A program made the position numbers and the translations under genes. From Candidatus Cloacimonadota bacterium (GTDB lineage: Bacteria > Cloacimonadota > Cloacimonadia > JGIOTU-2), in assembly GCA_049903315.1 (NCBI GenBank), contig JBNGBT010000002.1:160001-224000 (forward strand): 64,000 bases of DNA, in the 5' to 3' direction. Below are positions 53,182-62,320 of this stretch, piece by piece. Each line of letters starts with the position of its first letter. Within the stretch, counting starts at the first letter, position 1. The notes beneath the pieces are model-generated. The model worked only from the letters and a program-made list of their open reading frames with translations. It did not search any database and was not told the DNA's origin.

Positions 53182-53841
53182 TCAAAAAACTATTGATAAT
53201 TGTATATTACATATAAACATTTTTATTCCAAAATCAGCCGAAATACGAAAAAAAGAATTTTTACTGATTTTAAAGCTGTATCCTCCACCAACTGTAACAT
53301 TTGGTAAGAAACCCACATATGCTAAAGAAGCCACATAATCACACCCGAGATTTACCGTAGTATAATAGCCTTTTCTATCTAAGTTTTTAAAATTGTTTAT
53401 AGCTATTGATATTCCAGTAATACCGACAGCTCTAAGTGCATTAGCGTGTAAAACTATTATATTCTCTTTAATATAACTGCAACTGTCGCTTGTGATCCAA
53501 CCATAGCCAAGATATATTCCGGGAATCAAACCGGGTGACAGACTGGCAATATAGCAACCTTTCGAGGAACGAATTTTTTCTCCTAAAGACCTAGGTTTTT
53601 CATTATGTGTAATATTATTTTCATCATCTAGAACATTTTCAGATTCATTGTTCAATGAGTAAAGATACAAATGATTATTGCTTGATTTATTAGTAAGCAG
53701 CTTGTTATATTCAAGATCAATAATATAAGCATTTCCAAAGTTATTATTTGAATCTGTCACTGTTGTGATAAGATTTGCTTCAACAAATACTACTAAGAAC
53801 ACAATTAAACCTACGATAATACCCATCAGTTTTTTAAACAT
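53182..53841 (-). CDS. Hypothetical exported protein, possible beta-barrel C-terminal half
   Basis: Signal-like N-terminus, amphipathic strands, terminal Phe; very AT-rich. Confidence 0.6.
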   Translation of the reverse strand: MFKKLMGIIVGLIVFLVVFVEANLITTVTDSNNNFGNAYIIDLEYNKLLTNKSSNNHLYLYSLNNESENVLDDENNITHNEKPRSLGEKIRSSKGCYIASLSPGLIPGIYLGYGWITSDSCSYIKENIIVLHANALRAVGITGISIAINNFKNLDRKGYYTTVNLGCDYVASLAYVGFLPNVTVGGGYSFKISKNSFFRISADFGIKMFICNIQLSIVF

Positions 53842-53894
53842 TTTTTACTTCATACCCCCATTTTTAAATATAAGAATTCTTACTTTAAAGTTCA

Positions 53895-54119
53895 TCATAC
53901 ATTTTGAACAACATTCATCTTAATATACCTTCCTTTGTCAACTCCTATCTCATTTCCACATTGGCAGAGCACTTTATTGTTATTATAAATAGCGTCGTCT
54001 TCAATAATCCGCTTCTTATGGCAGCGTAGAATATGTCCTCGTCCTACTTTTTCATATTTGAATATTTTACTCTTGCATTTGTCGCACCTGATAATAATGA
54101 TGCGGGAACGGTCTGCCAT
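53895..54119 (-). CDS. Small Cys-rich (Zn-binding) hypothetical protein
   Basis: CDKC..YEKVGRGHILRCHKKRI..CQCG; starts 2 nt after the helicase stop. Confidence 0.7.
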   Translation of the reverse strand: MADRSRIIIIRCDKCKSKIFKYEKVGRGHILRCHKKRIIEDDAIYNNNKVLCQCGNEIGVDKGRYIKMNVVQNV

Positions 54120-54120
54120 A

Positions 54121-57100
54121 TTAGAAAAGCTCTTGCTGTGAGTGTGGAGTTGCGGGTTTTTTCTTTTTCTTGTACTCTATCTTCTTTTCTTCAAGGAGTT
54201 CCTGCTCGATCGCTGTTATGAAAGGAGATTGCTTTTGTACATAGGATTTTCCATAGAGAAAGCGGTTTTGGGCATGTGTCAGATAAAGCTGATCTCTTGC
54301 ACGGGTCATGCCGACATAGAATAATCTTCGCTCTTCATCGATGTCGCATTTCTTATCTTCAAATAATGAATAGGGAAGTATCCCATTTTCGCATCCTGCA
54401 ATAAAAACGCAGTCGAATTCAAGCCCTTTTGCAGAATGGAGGGTGAGGAGGTTCACTCGTTCAAGTGTGAAATCACTCGTGTCCACGCCGGAACCAAGTA
54501 CCGTAAATTTCAGAAATGCATCGAAACCATCTCCAAAATTCTCGGCATAGTTCATGAGCTTTCTTATAGATTCATCCAATCGAATTTTCTCTTTGAAGAA
54601 TTTCTTGATGATCATGTCGAGTGCCTGCTGCACATCATTCTCAATAAGACAGATTTTAAGTTCAGTGAGATCGGGGATGGTCAGAATATTTCGCTTTATC
54701 AGTTCATCTATGAGAAACATATTTCTTGGATTGAGTGCAAGACGCAGCACATCGAGGATGGATTTCACCGGTTCTTCAAAAAATAAGGAATTCTCTGTTA
54801 CTTTTTGATAGGGAATGGAGTGGTCATTGAGTGCTTTTTCCAATGCAGGCATCTGCGCTTTAAGACGGCAAAGGATCGCCACATCGGACAAACTTGTTAC
54901 CCTTGAGCCTTCGCTTCCATCGGTGATGGAGCTGTCCATTGAGAAGAATCGTACGCCGCCAATCAATTGTTCGATTTCACGGGCAATGAACTCAGCTTCG
55001 CTTTTATCTGTGCCGTGAGAAGTAATATTGATCTTCACACCTTCATGCAGTCCGGAGAGCATTTCCTGAGCTTCAATAACCTGGTTGGATGCGCTGAGAA
55101 TTGTGTTGGAGCAGCGATAACTTTGCAAAAGTGAAACGATATGGGCTTGTGGATAATCCTTCTGGAATTTCTTGATAAAACCGACATCCGCACCACGAAA
55201 GCCGTAAATCGCCTGGTTTGGATCTCCTATCGCAGTTATGTTTGCCAGTTTTTCCGGTTTGATGAGTTTTATAAGCTGATACTGCGCTGCATTAATATCC
55301 TGAAATTCATCAATGAGAATGAACTGCAATTTTTTCTGATAATGTTGCCGAATTTTCTGTTCACTCTTTAAAAGCATGACCGGTTTGTAGATCATATCTT
55401 CAATATCAAAAAGATTAAATTGAAGGAGCGCTTTCTCATATTGCATGAAATATTCTTTGGTCGAATTTTTTCTTATTTTTGATTGAGGAATCGCTTTCTG
55501 CTTGATACGTGAAATTTCCTCTGAGAGCTGCTTTGCATCTTTTTTATCACATCCTGCTTTTTCAATAAGGAAACGCTGCTTATCTTGTTCATCAAGGATG
55601 CCGAATTGGGAATCCCGTTTGAAATATGCTGCATGTTCTTTCAGGATCGAGTAACCAAAGGAGTGGAAGGTTGATACCTGCAGTTCCTCTTTTGAAGTGT
55701 TATCGAGTATGTTATCGAGGCGCTCTTTCATCTCTTCAGCAGCTTTGTTCGTGAAGGTTACTGCGAGAATATTCGCCGGTTTAATACCAAGCTGTTTGAT
55801 GAAGTAGGCAATCCGTGCAGTCAGAGTTCTTGTTTTACCTGTTCCCGGTCCTGCGAGGATGAGGAGTGGTCCCGGATAGTATTGTACTGCGAGTTTTTGA
55901 TCTTCGTTGAGTTCCTCAAGAAAATCAGAAGGAGTTTGTTGAATTACCCTTTTTTCTTCTTTTTTTTTGAAGAATTCGGGTTCGTCCTCTTTTGTATGCA
56001 ATTTCTGAAATGATGCGATGTCAAAATTTATCAGCGGTTTTGAAGATGGAGGTTTAATTTCTTTTTTGAGATCGGTAAAGAGTGCTTCCTGGTTTTGCAG
56101 ATCCTTTATTTCTTCCCTTGTGAAAGTTCTGATTTTGCCGTATTCACCGTCAAATCCTTCTTCGATATGCACCTGTCCATTGCGCATCCTTCTGATAGAT
56201 TCTGTAAGGATTTCATTGGTTTTTTTCTGTACTTCATCAAGAGGAGTGTGGAGGAGAATATCAAATTCAGAGTCAAATTTCTGCAGCAAAGCATCATATG
56301 CTTGTGTGACTTTTTTGGAATTCTTTCCTACACCCAAAATTTCCGAAAGGATCTCATCCAAAGTGATAAGAGAATGGAATGTATGCCTGTGTGGTCGTGC
56401 TTCAGGATCAGCTCTGTCTGCAAGCTGTGCAACGCGATTGAGCACGCCGACTGTTACTTTTTTTCCACATACAGGGCAAATTCCTTTATGTATTAGGGTT
56501 TGAACAGGATCCCAGCTTATGCCGCATTTTCGATGTCCGTCATAATGATATTTTCCTTCCTGTGGAAAGAACTCGACCGTACCTAAAAACTGATCCTTAT
56601 TTCCTGATTTCATTGCCTTGTGAATGGCTTCATAACTGAGTTCAGTGTCGAATAGATTTGCTTCTCTGCCGAGTTTTGAAGGTGAGTGTGCATCGGAGTT
56701 TGAGATAAGTGTATATTTATCCAGGAAAGAGCACACCCAATTCATAGGAGGATCGGAAGAAAGTCCTGTTTCAACTGCAAAGATGTGCTCTGCAAGGTCT
56801 TCGTAGCATTCCTCGATCGTGTCGAAGCCCGATTTTGAACCGAGTGCAGAAAACCACGGTGTCCAGATATGTGCAGGAACTAGAAACGCATCATCCGAGG
56901 TTTCGAGAACAATTTCAAGCAGATCGCGTGAGTCAAGCCCAAGTATCGGTCTGCCATCAGAGGTTATATTTCCGATTTGAGAAAGCTTGTTTTGTATTTT
57001 TTCGACCGTGACAAAATCCGGCGCAAAAAGCACATTATGCACTTTTCGGACTTTTCCATTTTTTTTATAGATATTACTTATTTCCGCAGTCAAAATAAAG

Positions 57101-57339
57101 CGGGTGAGATTATTGCTTTGTACTTTTTGAAATTCATTTTTAAGTGTAAAAAGTCCCTGTTCAGCAGGTTCGAGTTTTTCTCTGAGTTCCTTAAGCCATC
57201 CGGGGTGTGAGAAGTCACCGGTTCCGACAACTGTGATTCCTTTTTTCTGCGCCCATTTATCGAGTTCTTCCGGGATCAGGTCTTTGCTCGTGGCAATTGA
57301 AAAATGCGAGTGAATGTGGAAATCTGCGATAAATTTCAT
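54121..57339 (-). CDS. Endonuclease Q-like PHP domain fused to UvrD/Rep helicase
   Basis: N-term DFHIHSHFS, GTGDFSHP, PAHIWTPWFS, ETGLSSD, SNSDAHS, GKYHYDGHRKC, CPVC; C-term AGPGTGKT, TFTNKAA, DEFQD, GDPNQAIYGFRGA, TLHSAKGLEF, EERRLFYVGMTRA. Confidence 0.92.
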   Translation of the reverse strand: MKFIADFHIHSHFSIATSKDLIPEELDKWAQKKGITVVGTGDFSHPGWLKELREKLEPAEQGLFTLKNEFQKVQSNNLTRFILTAEISNIYKKNGKVRKVHNVLFAPDFVTVEKIQNKLSQIGNITSDGRPILGLDSRDLLEIVLETSDDAFLVPAHIWTPWFSALGSKSGFDTIEECYEDLAEHIFAVETGLSSDPPMNWVCSFLDKYTLISNSDAHSPSKLGREANLFDTELSYEAIHKAMKSGNKDQFLGTVEFFPQEGKYHYDGHRKCGISWDPVQTLIHKGICPVCGKKVTVGVLNRVAQLADRADPEARPHRHTFHSLITLDEILSEILGVGKNSKKVTQAYDALLQKFDSEFDILLHTPLDEVQKKTNEILTESIRRMRNGQVHIEEGFDGEYGKIRTFTREEIKDLQNQEALFTDLKKEIKPPSSKPLINFDIASFQKLHTKEDEPEFFKKKEEKRVIQQTPSDFLEELNEDQKLAVQYYPGPLLILAGPGTGKTRTLTARIAYFIKQLGIKPANILAVTFTNKAAEEMKERLDNILDNTSKEELQVSTFHSFGYSILKEHAAYFKRDSQFGILDEQDKQRFLIEKAGCDKKDAKQLSEEISRIKQKAIPQSKIRKNSTKEYFMQYEKALLQFNLFDIEDMIYKPVMLLKSEQKIRQHYQKKLQFILIDEFQDINAAQYQLIKLIKPEKLANITAIGDPNQAIYGFRGADVGFIKKFQKDYPQAHIVSLLQSYRCSNTILSASNQVIEAQEMLSGLHEGVKINITSHGTDKSEAEFIAREIEQLIGGVRFFSMDSSITDGSEGSRVTSLSDVAILCRLKAQMPALEKALNDHSIPYQKVTENSLFFEEPVKSILDVLRLALNPRNMFLIDELIKRNILTIPDLTELKICLIENDVQQALDMIIKKFFKEKIRLDESIRKLMNYAENFGDGFDAFLKFTVLGSGVDTSDFTLERVNLLTLHSAKGLEFDCVFIAGCENGILPYSLFEDKKCDIDEERRLFYVGMTRARDQLYLTHAQNRFLYGKSYVQKQSPFITAIEQELLEEKKIEYKKKKKPATPHSQQELF

Positions 57340-57343
57340 ACAA

Positions 57344-58453
57344 TTACGTCGCAGTTCGGAAAAGCCCAATCAAGCCGATAGTCCCAAATATAATATTCGC
57401 AAACCATGCAGCCATGACCGGTGAGAGCAATTCGTTATATCCGAGACTCTGTCCGAATCTCACCATTGAGATGTAAAAAAAACAGATCGCAATCGCTATC
57501 ACGAAGCTGATCCCGCGCGATTTTCCTCTTTTTGAGAGCGTTGCAAGGGGTATGCAGAACAGTATCATTATCATATTCACAAATGGATATGCTAATTTAA
57601 GATTCATTTCCACAAGTTCTTTCTGATGCTTTTCTCCGATCCTCCGCAAACGCTCCACATAATCCTGCAGCTCAAAAACGGTCATCTCATCTGGTTTTTT
57701 AGTACTCTTCACCAGATCCTGCGGCTGTATATGAATATCATCAAAAAACTGTTCCTCAAAATTTGTGAAGGATATGAGCTTGTTGTCTTCAAATTCACGA
57801 ATATACCCGTTATAAAAAGTGAGTTTCATCTCCTTACCATTCCTTATTGAATCAGCTTCCCAGAGTCCGTGCTCTGCGTGTATCTTTTTTATAATATGAT
57901 TATCATCATTAAAGATCGAGATGTCGATATTCTTTATTTTATCTTTATAGCCATCGAGAAAGCCGATGTAGTACAGTCGGTTTTTATCATCCTTATATTG
58001 AATATCGGAGCGGACACGGATATCGGATTTTTTTTGGTTTTTTATCTTAACTCTTTCGATATAAACACGCGTATCTTCTGCCCATGGCATGACAGTGTCT
58101 CCGAATACAAACAACAGGATTGTTACGAGAAATCCAAATGCAAAAAGCGGGACTGACATTCTTTTTATGCTGATGCCAGCGCTGCGGATTGCGACAGTTT
58201 CGTTATGTTTACCCATGTACTGCATCAGGAAAAGACCTGCAAGAAGGATAGCTACCGGTGAGGAGAGTACAACTATATAGGGAATTCGTAAGATAAAATA
58301 TGACACTACATCCCAGAATGCCGGCTCTTCACTGAAAAACCTACTCCATTTTTCAAAGAATTCTATCACCATAAATATCGCAGCAAAAGAAGCAAGAATG
58401 ACAAGGTAAAGACGGGCAAAACTTTTAAATAGATATTTATCAATTATTTTCAT
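57344..58453 (-). CDS. lptG: LPS export ABC permease LptG
   Basis: 3+3 TM YjgP/YjgQ layout, HNETVAIRSAGIS, SPVMAAWFANI; second of the pair. Confidence 0.85.
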   Translation of the reverse strand: MKIIDKYLFKSFARLYLVILASFAAIFMVIEFFEKWSRFFSEEPAFWDVVSYFILRIPYIVVLSSPVAILLAGLFLMQYMGKHNETVAIRSAGISIKRMSVPLFAFGFLVTILLFVFGDTVMPWAEDTRVYIERVKIKNQKKSDIRVRSDIQYKDDKNRLYYIGFLDGYKDKIKNIDISIFNDDNHIIKKIHAEHGLWEADSIRNGKEMKLTFYNGYIREFEDNKLISFTNFEEQFFDDIHIQPQDLVKSTKKPDEMTVFELQDYVERLRRIGEKHQKELVEMNLKLAYPFVNMIMILFCIPLATLSKRGKSRGISFVIAIAICFFYISMVRFGQSLGYNELLSPVMAAWFANIIFGTIGLIGLFRTAT

Positions 58454-59762
58454 AGGATGATTCTTTTTTCTGCTTACGCTTGAAGAAGTTCTTGAATTTT
58501 TCTATATGAATTACCTTTCTTTCGCGCATTGAATAGATCACAAGATAGATTCCGACCATAGTGAAAAGTATATTTGATATCCACATGCCGATAAAGGGTG
58601 AGATGATCATCTTGTCCGCAAGCTCCTCGCCAGCAAAAAGTGAGATATAATAAACAACAAACACGAGAGAACTTACAATGAAACCCATGCCAACGGAATT
58701 CGTCCTGGTCATCATGCCTATAGGTGCCCCAATGAGAATAAACACAAGGCAGGCAAAAGCGATGGAATATTTTTTATCGATCTCAACCTGGTATTTGCTG
58801 ATCTCTCTACTCAAGCTGTAAATGCGCTGGTCACGGACATTTATAAGATGTTTGAGTTTATTTATTTCTTCCTGAGTTCCCTGTTCGGGATTTTCTTCCA
58901 TTGCGAGAAGCTGCTCTTCATACTTCTGCTTATCATTGATCTTCTCCTGGCGCTGACGGTCGAGGTCTTCGATATGTAGCTTCATGTCTGAAGAACTCAT
59001 TTCCCTGTCACCGCGTTGCGCAAGATGTGCTTCACTTACGCCGATGCCGAGGTCGGGGATTTTTATTCTGTACTCTTTGAATACAATGGTTGTGTAATCC
59101 TGCGGATCATCTTTTGAAATTTCATGGATAAGTCCGTTGTACAATGTTGCATAAAGAGAGTTCCCACCATTGAATAATTCTATATTCCCGTACGCAGCGG
59201 TTATTGTTCTGGGATATTTGCCGTTGCTCTTATCATAAATGACAATGTCGTTGTATTTTTCACCATCTTCAGATTTGTCGTGATAATAGAAATTGTAATC
59301 TTTCAGTTCTGTAAAAAGTCCGGGCTTTAGTTCTGAAGTGGGTCTTCGCGTGCTTATTTTAATGAGGAGGTTTTTCAGTTCAAAATTGCTCTCCGGCAAA
59401 ATGTGGTCGTTGAAGTATATCATAAAAAGAGAGATGAGTATTGCAACGATCACGACCGGTTTCATCATTCTGTAAATATTGATGCCGCTTGCTTTGAAGG
59501 CGGTTATTTCGTTGTCGGATGAAAGCCGCCCAAAAGCCATAATGGTCGCAACGAGTACTGCCATAGGAATTGCGAGTGCAAGCATGAAAGGTAAACTTAA
59601 TACAAAAACCTGCGTGGTCGTCCAGAGGTCGAGGTGCTTGGTGATGATGAGATTCAGTAAATCAAGCACTCTGTCCAGCAGCATAATGAAGGTAATGACT
59701 ACGACGGATAGTACAAAGGGACCTGCATGCTCACGGAGAATGTATTTTGATAATATTTTCAT
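58440..59762 (-). CDS. lptF: LPS export ABC permease LptF
   Basis: FGRLSSDNEITAFKASGI, KYSIAFACLVFILIGAP; first of the pair. Confidence 0.85.
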   Translation of the reverse strand: MKILSKYILREHAGPFVLSVVVITFIMLLDRVLDLLNLIITKHLDLWTTTQVFVLSLPFMLALAIPMAVLVATIMAFGRLSSDNEITAFKASGINIYRMMKPVVIVAILISLFMIYFNDHILPESNFELKNLLIKISTRRPTSELKPGLFTELKDYNFYYHDKSEDGEKYNDIVIYDKSNGKYPRTITAAYGNIELFNGGNSLYATLYNGLIHEISKDDPQDYTTIVFKEYRIKIPDLGIGVSEAHLAQRGDREMSSSDMKLHIEDLDRQRQEKINDKQKYEEQLLAMEENPEQGTQEEINKLKHLINVRDQRIYSLSREISKYQVEIDKKYSIAFACLVFILIGAPIGMMTRTNSVGMGFIVSSLVFVVYYISLFAGEELADKMIISPFIGMWISNILFTMVGIYLVIYSMRERKVIHIEKFKNFFKRKQKKESSYENN

Positions 59763-59837
59763 TGAACGACCTTAGCTGTGCAGTTTTTGAGACGTGAGAA
59801 AATTGTCAATTTTTGGGAAAAAATAACAAAGGATATT

Positions 59838-60002
59838 AACCACCCGACTCCGTTCCGACATGTCTGGAACTACGCCGCGGCAGGCGAAAAACACGAAAAA
59901 ACACCAAACAAATACCACGCAAAGAGCGCAAAGAAAAGAAGACGCAAAGGACGCCCGGCTTCTTCCCGATGTGTCGGGACGGATACGCCGTGGCAAGCAG
60001 AG
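59838..60002. repeat. Phased CACGAAA and CGCAAAG arrays, each interrupted by a 42/44-nt hairpin unit
   Basis: Units 59844-59885 and 59955-59998 share CCGRCTYC...TACGCCGYGGCARGC ends. Confidence 0.7.
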
Positions 60003-60203
60003 ATTAACAATAATAACACAAAATATATCATTCCTGGGGAAGAATAAATACTGCATACTTCTAAGATCTAAAATCGTAGTTCGATATTCATTATTCGTAA
60101 ATATTATATTTTACATAGTGTTTGAAAAAAAGTAAAACAAAAAAATATAAATAAAGAAATTTTACTTTCATATCTTACCTTAGGTGAAATCCGTTTCATG
60201 TTC

Positions 60204-60262
60204 TTTATCTGCGTTCATCAGCATTAGCTGCGAAAGCCGTAAGGCGAATCTGCGTGCTATTC
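60204..60262. repeat. Orphan CRCWGAT arm with inserted GCC-GTAA-GGC hairpin
   Basis: Ends in ATCTGCGTGCTATTC, the exact reverse complement of 51052-51066. Confidence 0.7.
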
Positions 60263-60366
60263 CTATTTTAAGAATTCATGATGCATTTTTGTCTTGACAA
60301 GTTTCTGAGCAGATGATCCAATCATCATGAAACTGAAATAATTTCAGTTTTGTAAAGAGAGGTAAA

Positions 60367-62319
60367 ATGGAAAAAAAGTTATTTTTATTGGTTTTATCTT
60401 TATTATGTTCGGGAATAGTTAACGCTGCCATCCTCAACGTGCCGTCTGAATATTATTCAATCCAAGCAGGTATAGACTCTTCATCAGTTGGAGATACCGT
60501 CTTAGTCCAACCGGGAACCTATGTGGAGAATATTAACTACAATGGCAAAAATATTACAGTTGCTTCATTGTTTCTGACGACGCAGGATACTACATATATT
60601 TCACAGACGATTATTGATGGCAATCAAAACGGGAGTGTTGTTATTTTCGAGAATGGAGAAGATTCGACAGCGATTTTAAGTGGATTTACAATTACCAATG
60701 GATATGCCGACATTCCATATGAATATGGAGGTGGTATTAATTGTTCGCAGAATTCTTGCCCTGAACTGAGTAATTTACTGATTTTTTCAAATTATTCAAA
60801 AGGCTGGGGAGGGGGAATCAGTTGTTGGAATGGTTCGAATGTTTATTTAAAATCCTCTAAAATTTATGATAATCATGCAGATCATGGGGGCGGTGTTAGT
60901 TGTTATAATTCGAGTCCTAGCATTTCTGATGTTTTAATAAGTAATAATTCGTCTGAGTTTTTTGGAGGTGGTTTTTATTGTAAAGAGTATTCTTCTCCCA
61001 CATTTACTGATGTAGAAATATCCAATAATATTGCATATCTTTGTGGAGGAGGTATAGCTTTATACCGGAATTCATCCCCTACATTTAACCATGTACGCAT
61101 AAACAATAATTATTGTGAAGATGATGACGGTTTGGGGGGAGGTCTTTTTGTTACTCGTTCATCAGTAAGTTTGTTCTGCGCGACAATTAACCAAAATACA
61201 GCAGCCCATGGAGGTGCAATTCGTTGTGCATTAAATGCAATTGTTGAAATAAATGATTCACATTTTTATGAAAATATCTCCTATTGTAATGCAGGATGTA
61301 TTTCATGTGATGATTCAGATATATTTATGAAAAGTTGTACTATTAACAGTTCAAATGCGTTAAGTTATGCGGGTGCCTTGTATATTTGGGATAGTTCTTA
61401 TGTAAAATTGGATAGTGTGGCTTTACTGAATAATATCTCAAGTGTAGGTGGTGGAATAAATGTCGAAAATTCAACGCTTGATATTTACAGCAGTTATTTG
61501 TATAACAATTCTGCTTGCGATGGGGGAGCAATAATCAGTTTTAATTCTGATTTGAATATCTTCAATAGTCTTTTTGTTGAAAATGGAACGTATGAAGGTG
61601 GGAGTGCAATTGATGCAAGAAATAGTACAGATGTGTATTGTTGTAATCTCACAACAACCGATAATTATGCTCAAACAAGCTGTGGTGGCATCAAGTGTGA
61701 TTCAAGTTCTGAACTTGAGATGTATAATTCTATCTTGTGGAACGACACACAACCCGAAATTATTGGTAATAATGTATCAGTAATGAACTCTGATATACAA
61801 GGAGATTGGACAGGTGTGGGAAATATTGATATTGATCCCATGTTTGCAGACACGTTGAATGAAGATTATCGTTTGACTGAGAATTCTCAATGTATAGACG
61901 CAGGAATACCAGACACGACAGGACTGGACATTCCATCGTGGGATATGGATGGTAATATTCGAGTATGGGATGGGAATGGTGATGGAATAGCGATCATTGA
62001 CATGGGAGCGTATGAATATGGAGCACCATCTTATTCAATTGATCCTCCAGACATTCCGCATACTGCAATGATTTGGAATTTCCCAAATCCAACCAAAAAT
62101 TCAACCACAATACACTATTCTCTCAAACAAAATTCTCATGTAAAAATCAGCATTTACAACGTTAAAGGACAGTTAACTTCAATAATTGTGAATGAAGAAC
62201 AAATCAAAGGAGAACATTCAGTAATTTATAATACTGAAAAATTAAAATCTGGAGTGTATTTTTATAAGATTGAAGCTGGAGAATTGTCAGAAATTAAGAA
62301 GTTGGTTGTGATAAAATAA
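60367..62319 (+). CDS. Secreted right-handed beta-helix repeat protein with Por/T9SS-like C-terminal domain
   Basis: Signal peptide, SIQAGID..GDTVLVQPGTYVENI, repeated N-x-A..GGGI units, IDMGAYEY, NFPNP..IYNVKGQL..SGVYFYKI tail. Confidence 0.85.
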   Translation: MEKKLFLLVLSLLCSGIVNAAILNVPSEYYSIQAGIDSSSVGDTVLVQPGTYVENINYNGKNITVASLFLTTQDTTYISQTIIDGNQNGSVVIFENGEDSTAILSGFTITNGYADIPYEYGGGINCSQNSCPELSNLLIFSNYSKGWGGGISCWNGSNVYLKSSKIYDNHADHGGGVSCYNSSPSISDVLISNNSSEFFGGGFYCKEYSSPTFTDVEISNNIAYLCGGGIALYRNSSPTFNHVRINNNYCEDDDGLGGGLFVTRSSVSLFCATINQNTAAHGGAIRCALNAIVEINDSHFYENISYCNAGCISCDDSDIFMKSCTINSSNALSYAGALYIWDSSYVKLDSVALLNNISSVGGGINVENSTLDIYSSYLYNNSACDGGAIISFNSDLNIFNSLFVENGTYEGGSAIDARNSTDVYCCNLTTTDNYAQTSCGGIKCDSSSELEMYNSILWNDTQPEIIGNNVSVMNSDIQGDWTGVGNIDIDPMFADTLNEDYRLTENSQCIDAGIPDTTGLDIPSWDMDGNIRVWDGNGDGIAIIDMGAYEYGAPSYSIDPPDIPHTAMIWNFPNPTKNSTTIHYSLKQNSHVKISIYNVKGQLTSIIVNEEQIKGEHSVIYNTEKLKSGVYFYKIEAGELSEIKKLVVIK

Positions 62320-62320
62320 A

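Larger units (their letters stand above)
52901..53954. repeat. 60-nt direct repeat pair (52901-52960 and 53895-53954)
   Basis: 54/60 identical; second copy is the last 20 codons of ORF 53895-54119. Confidence 0.9.

Noticed and set aside
52901..53954. 60-nt repeat pair as a diversity-generating retroelement TR/VR
   Set aside because: The six mismatches are not confined to adenines in either copy or strand, and no reverse transcriptase is in the window.
59772..60135. Three overlapping short ORFs in the lptF upstream region
   Set aside because: They translate the repeat and hairpin mosaic, with no RBS or family motifs.
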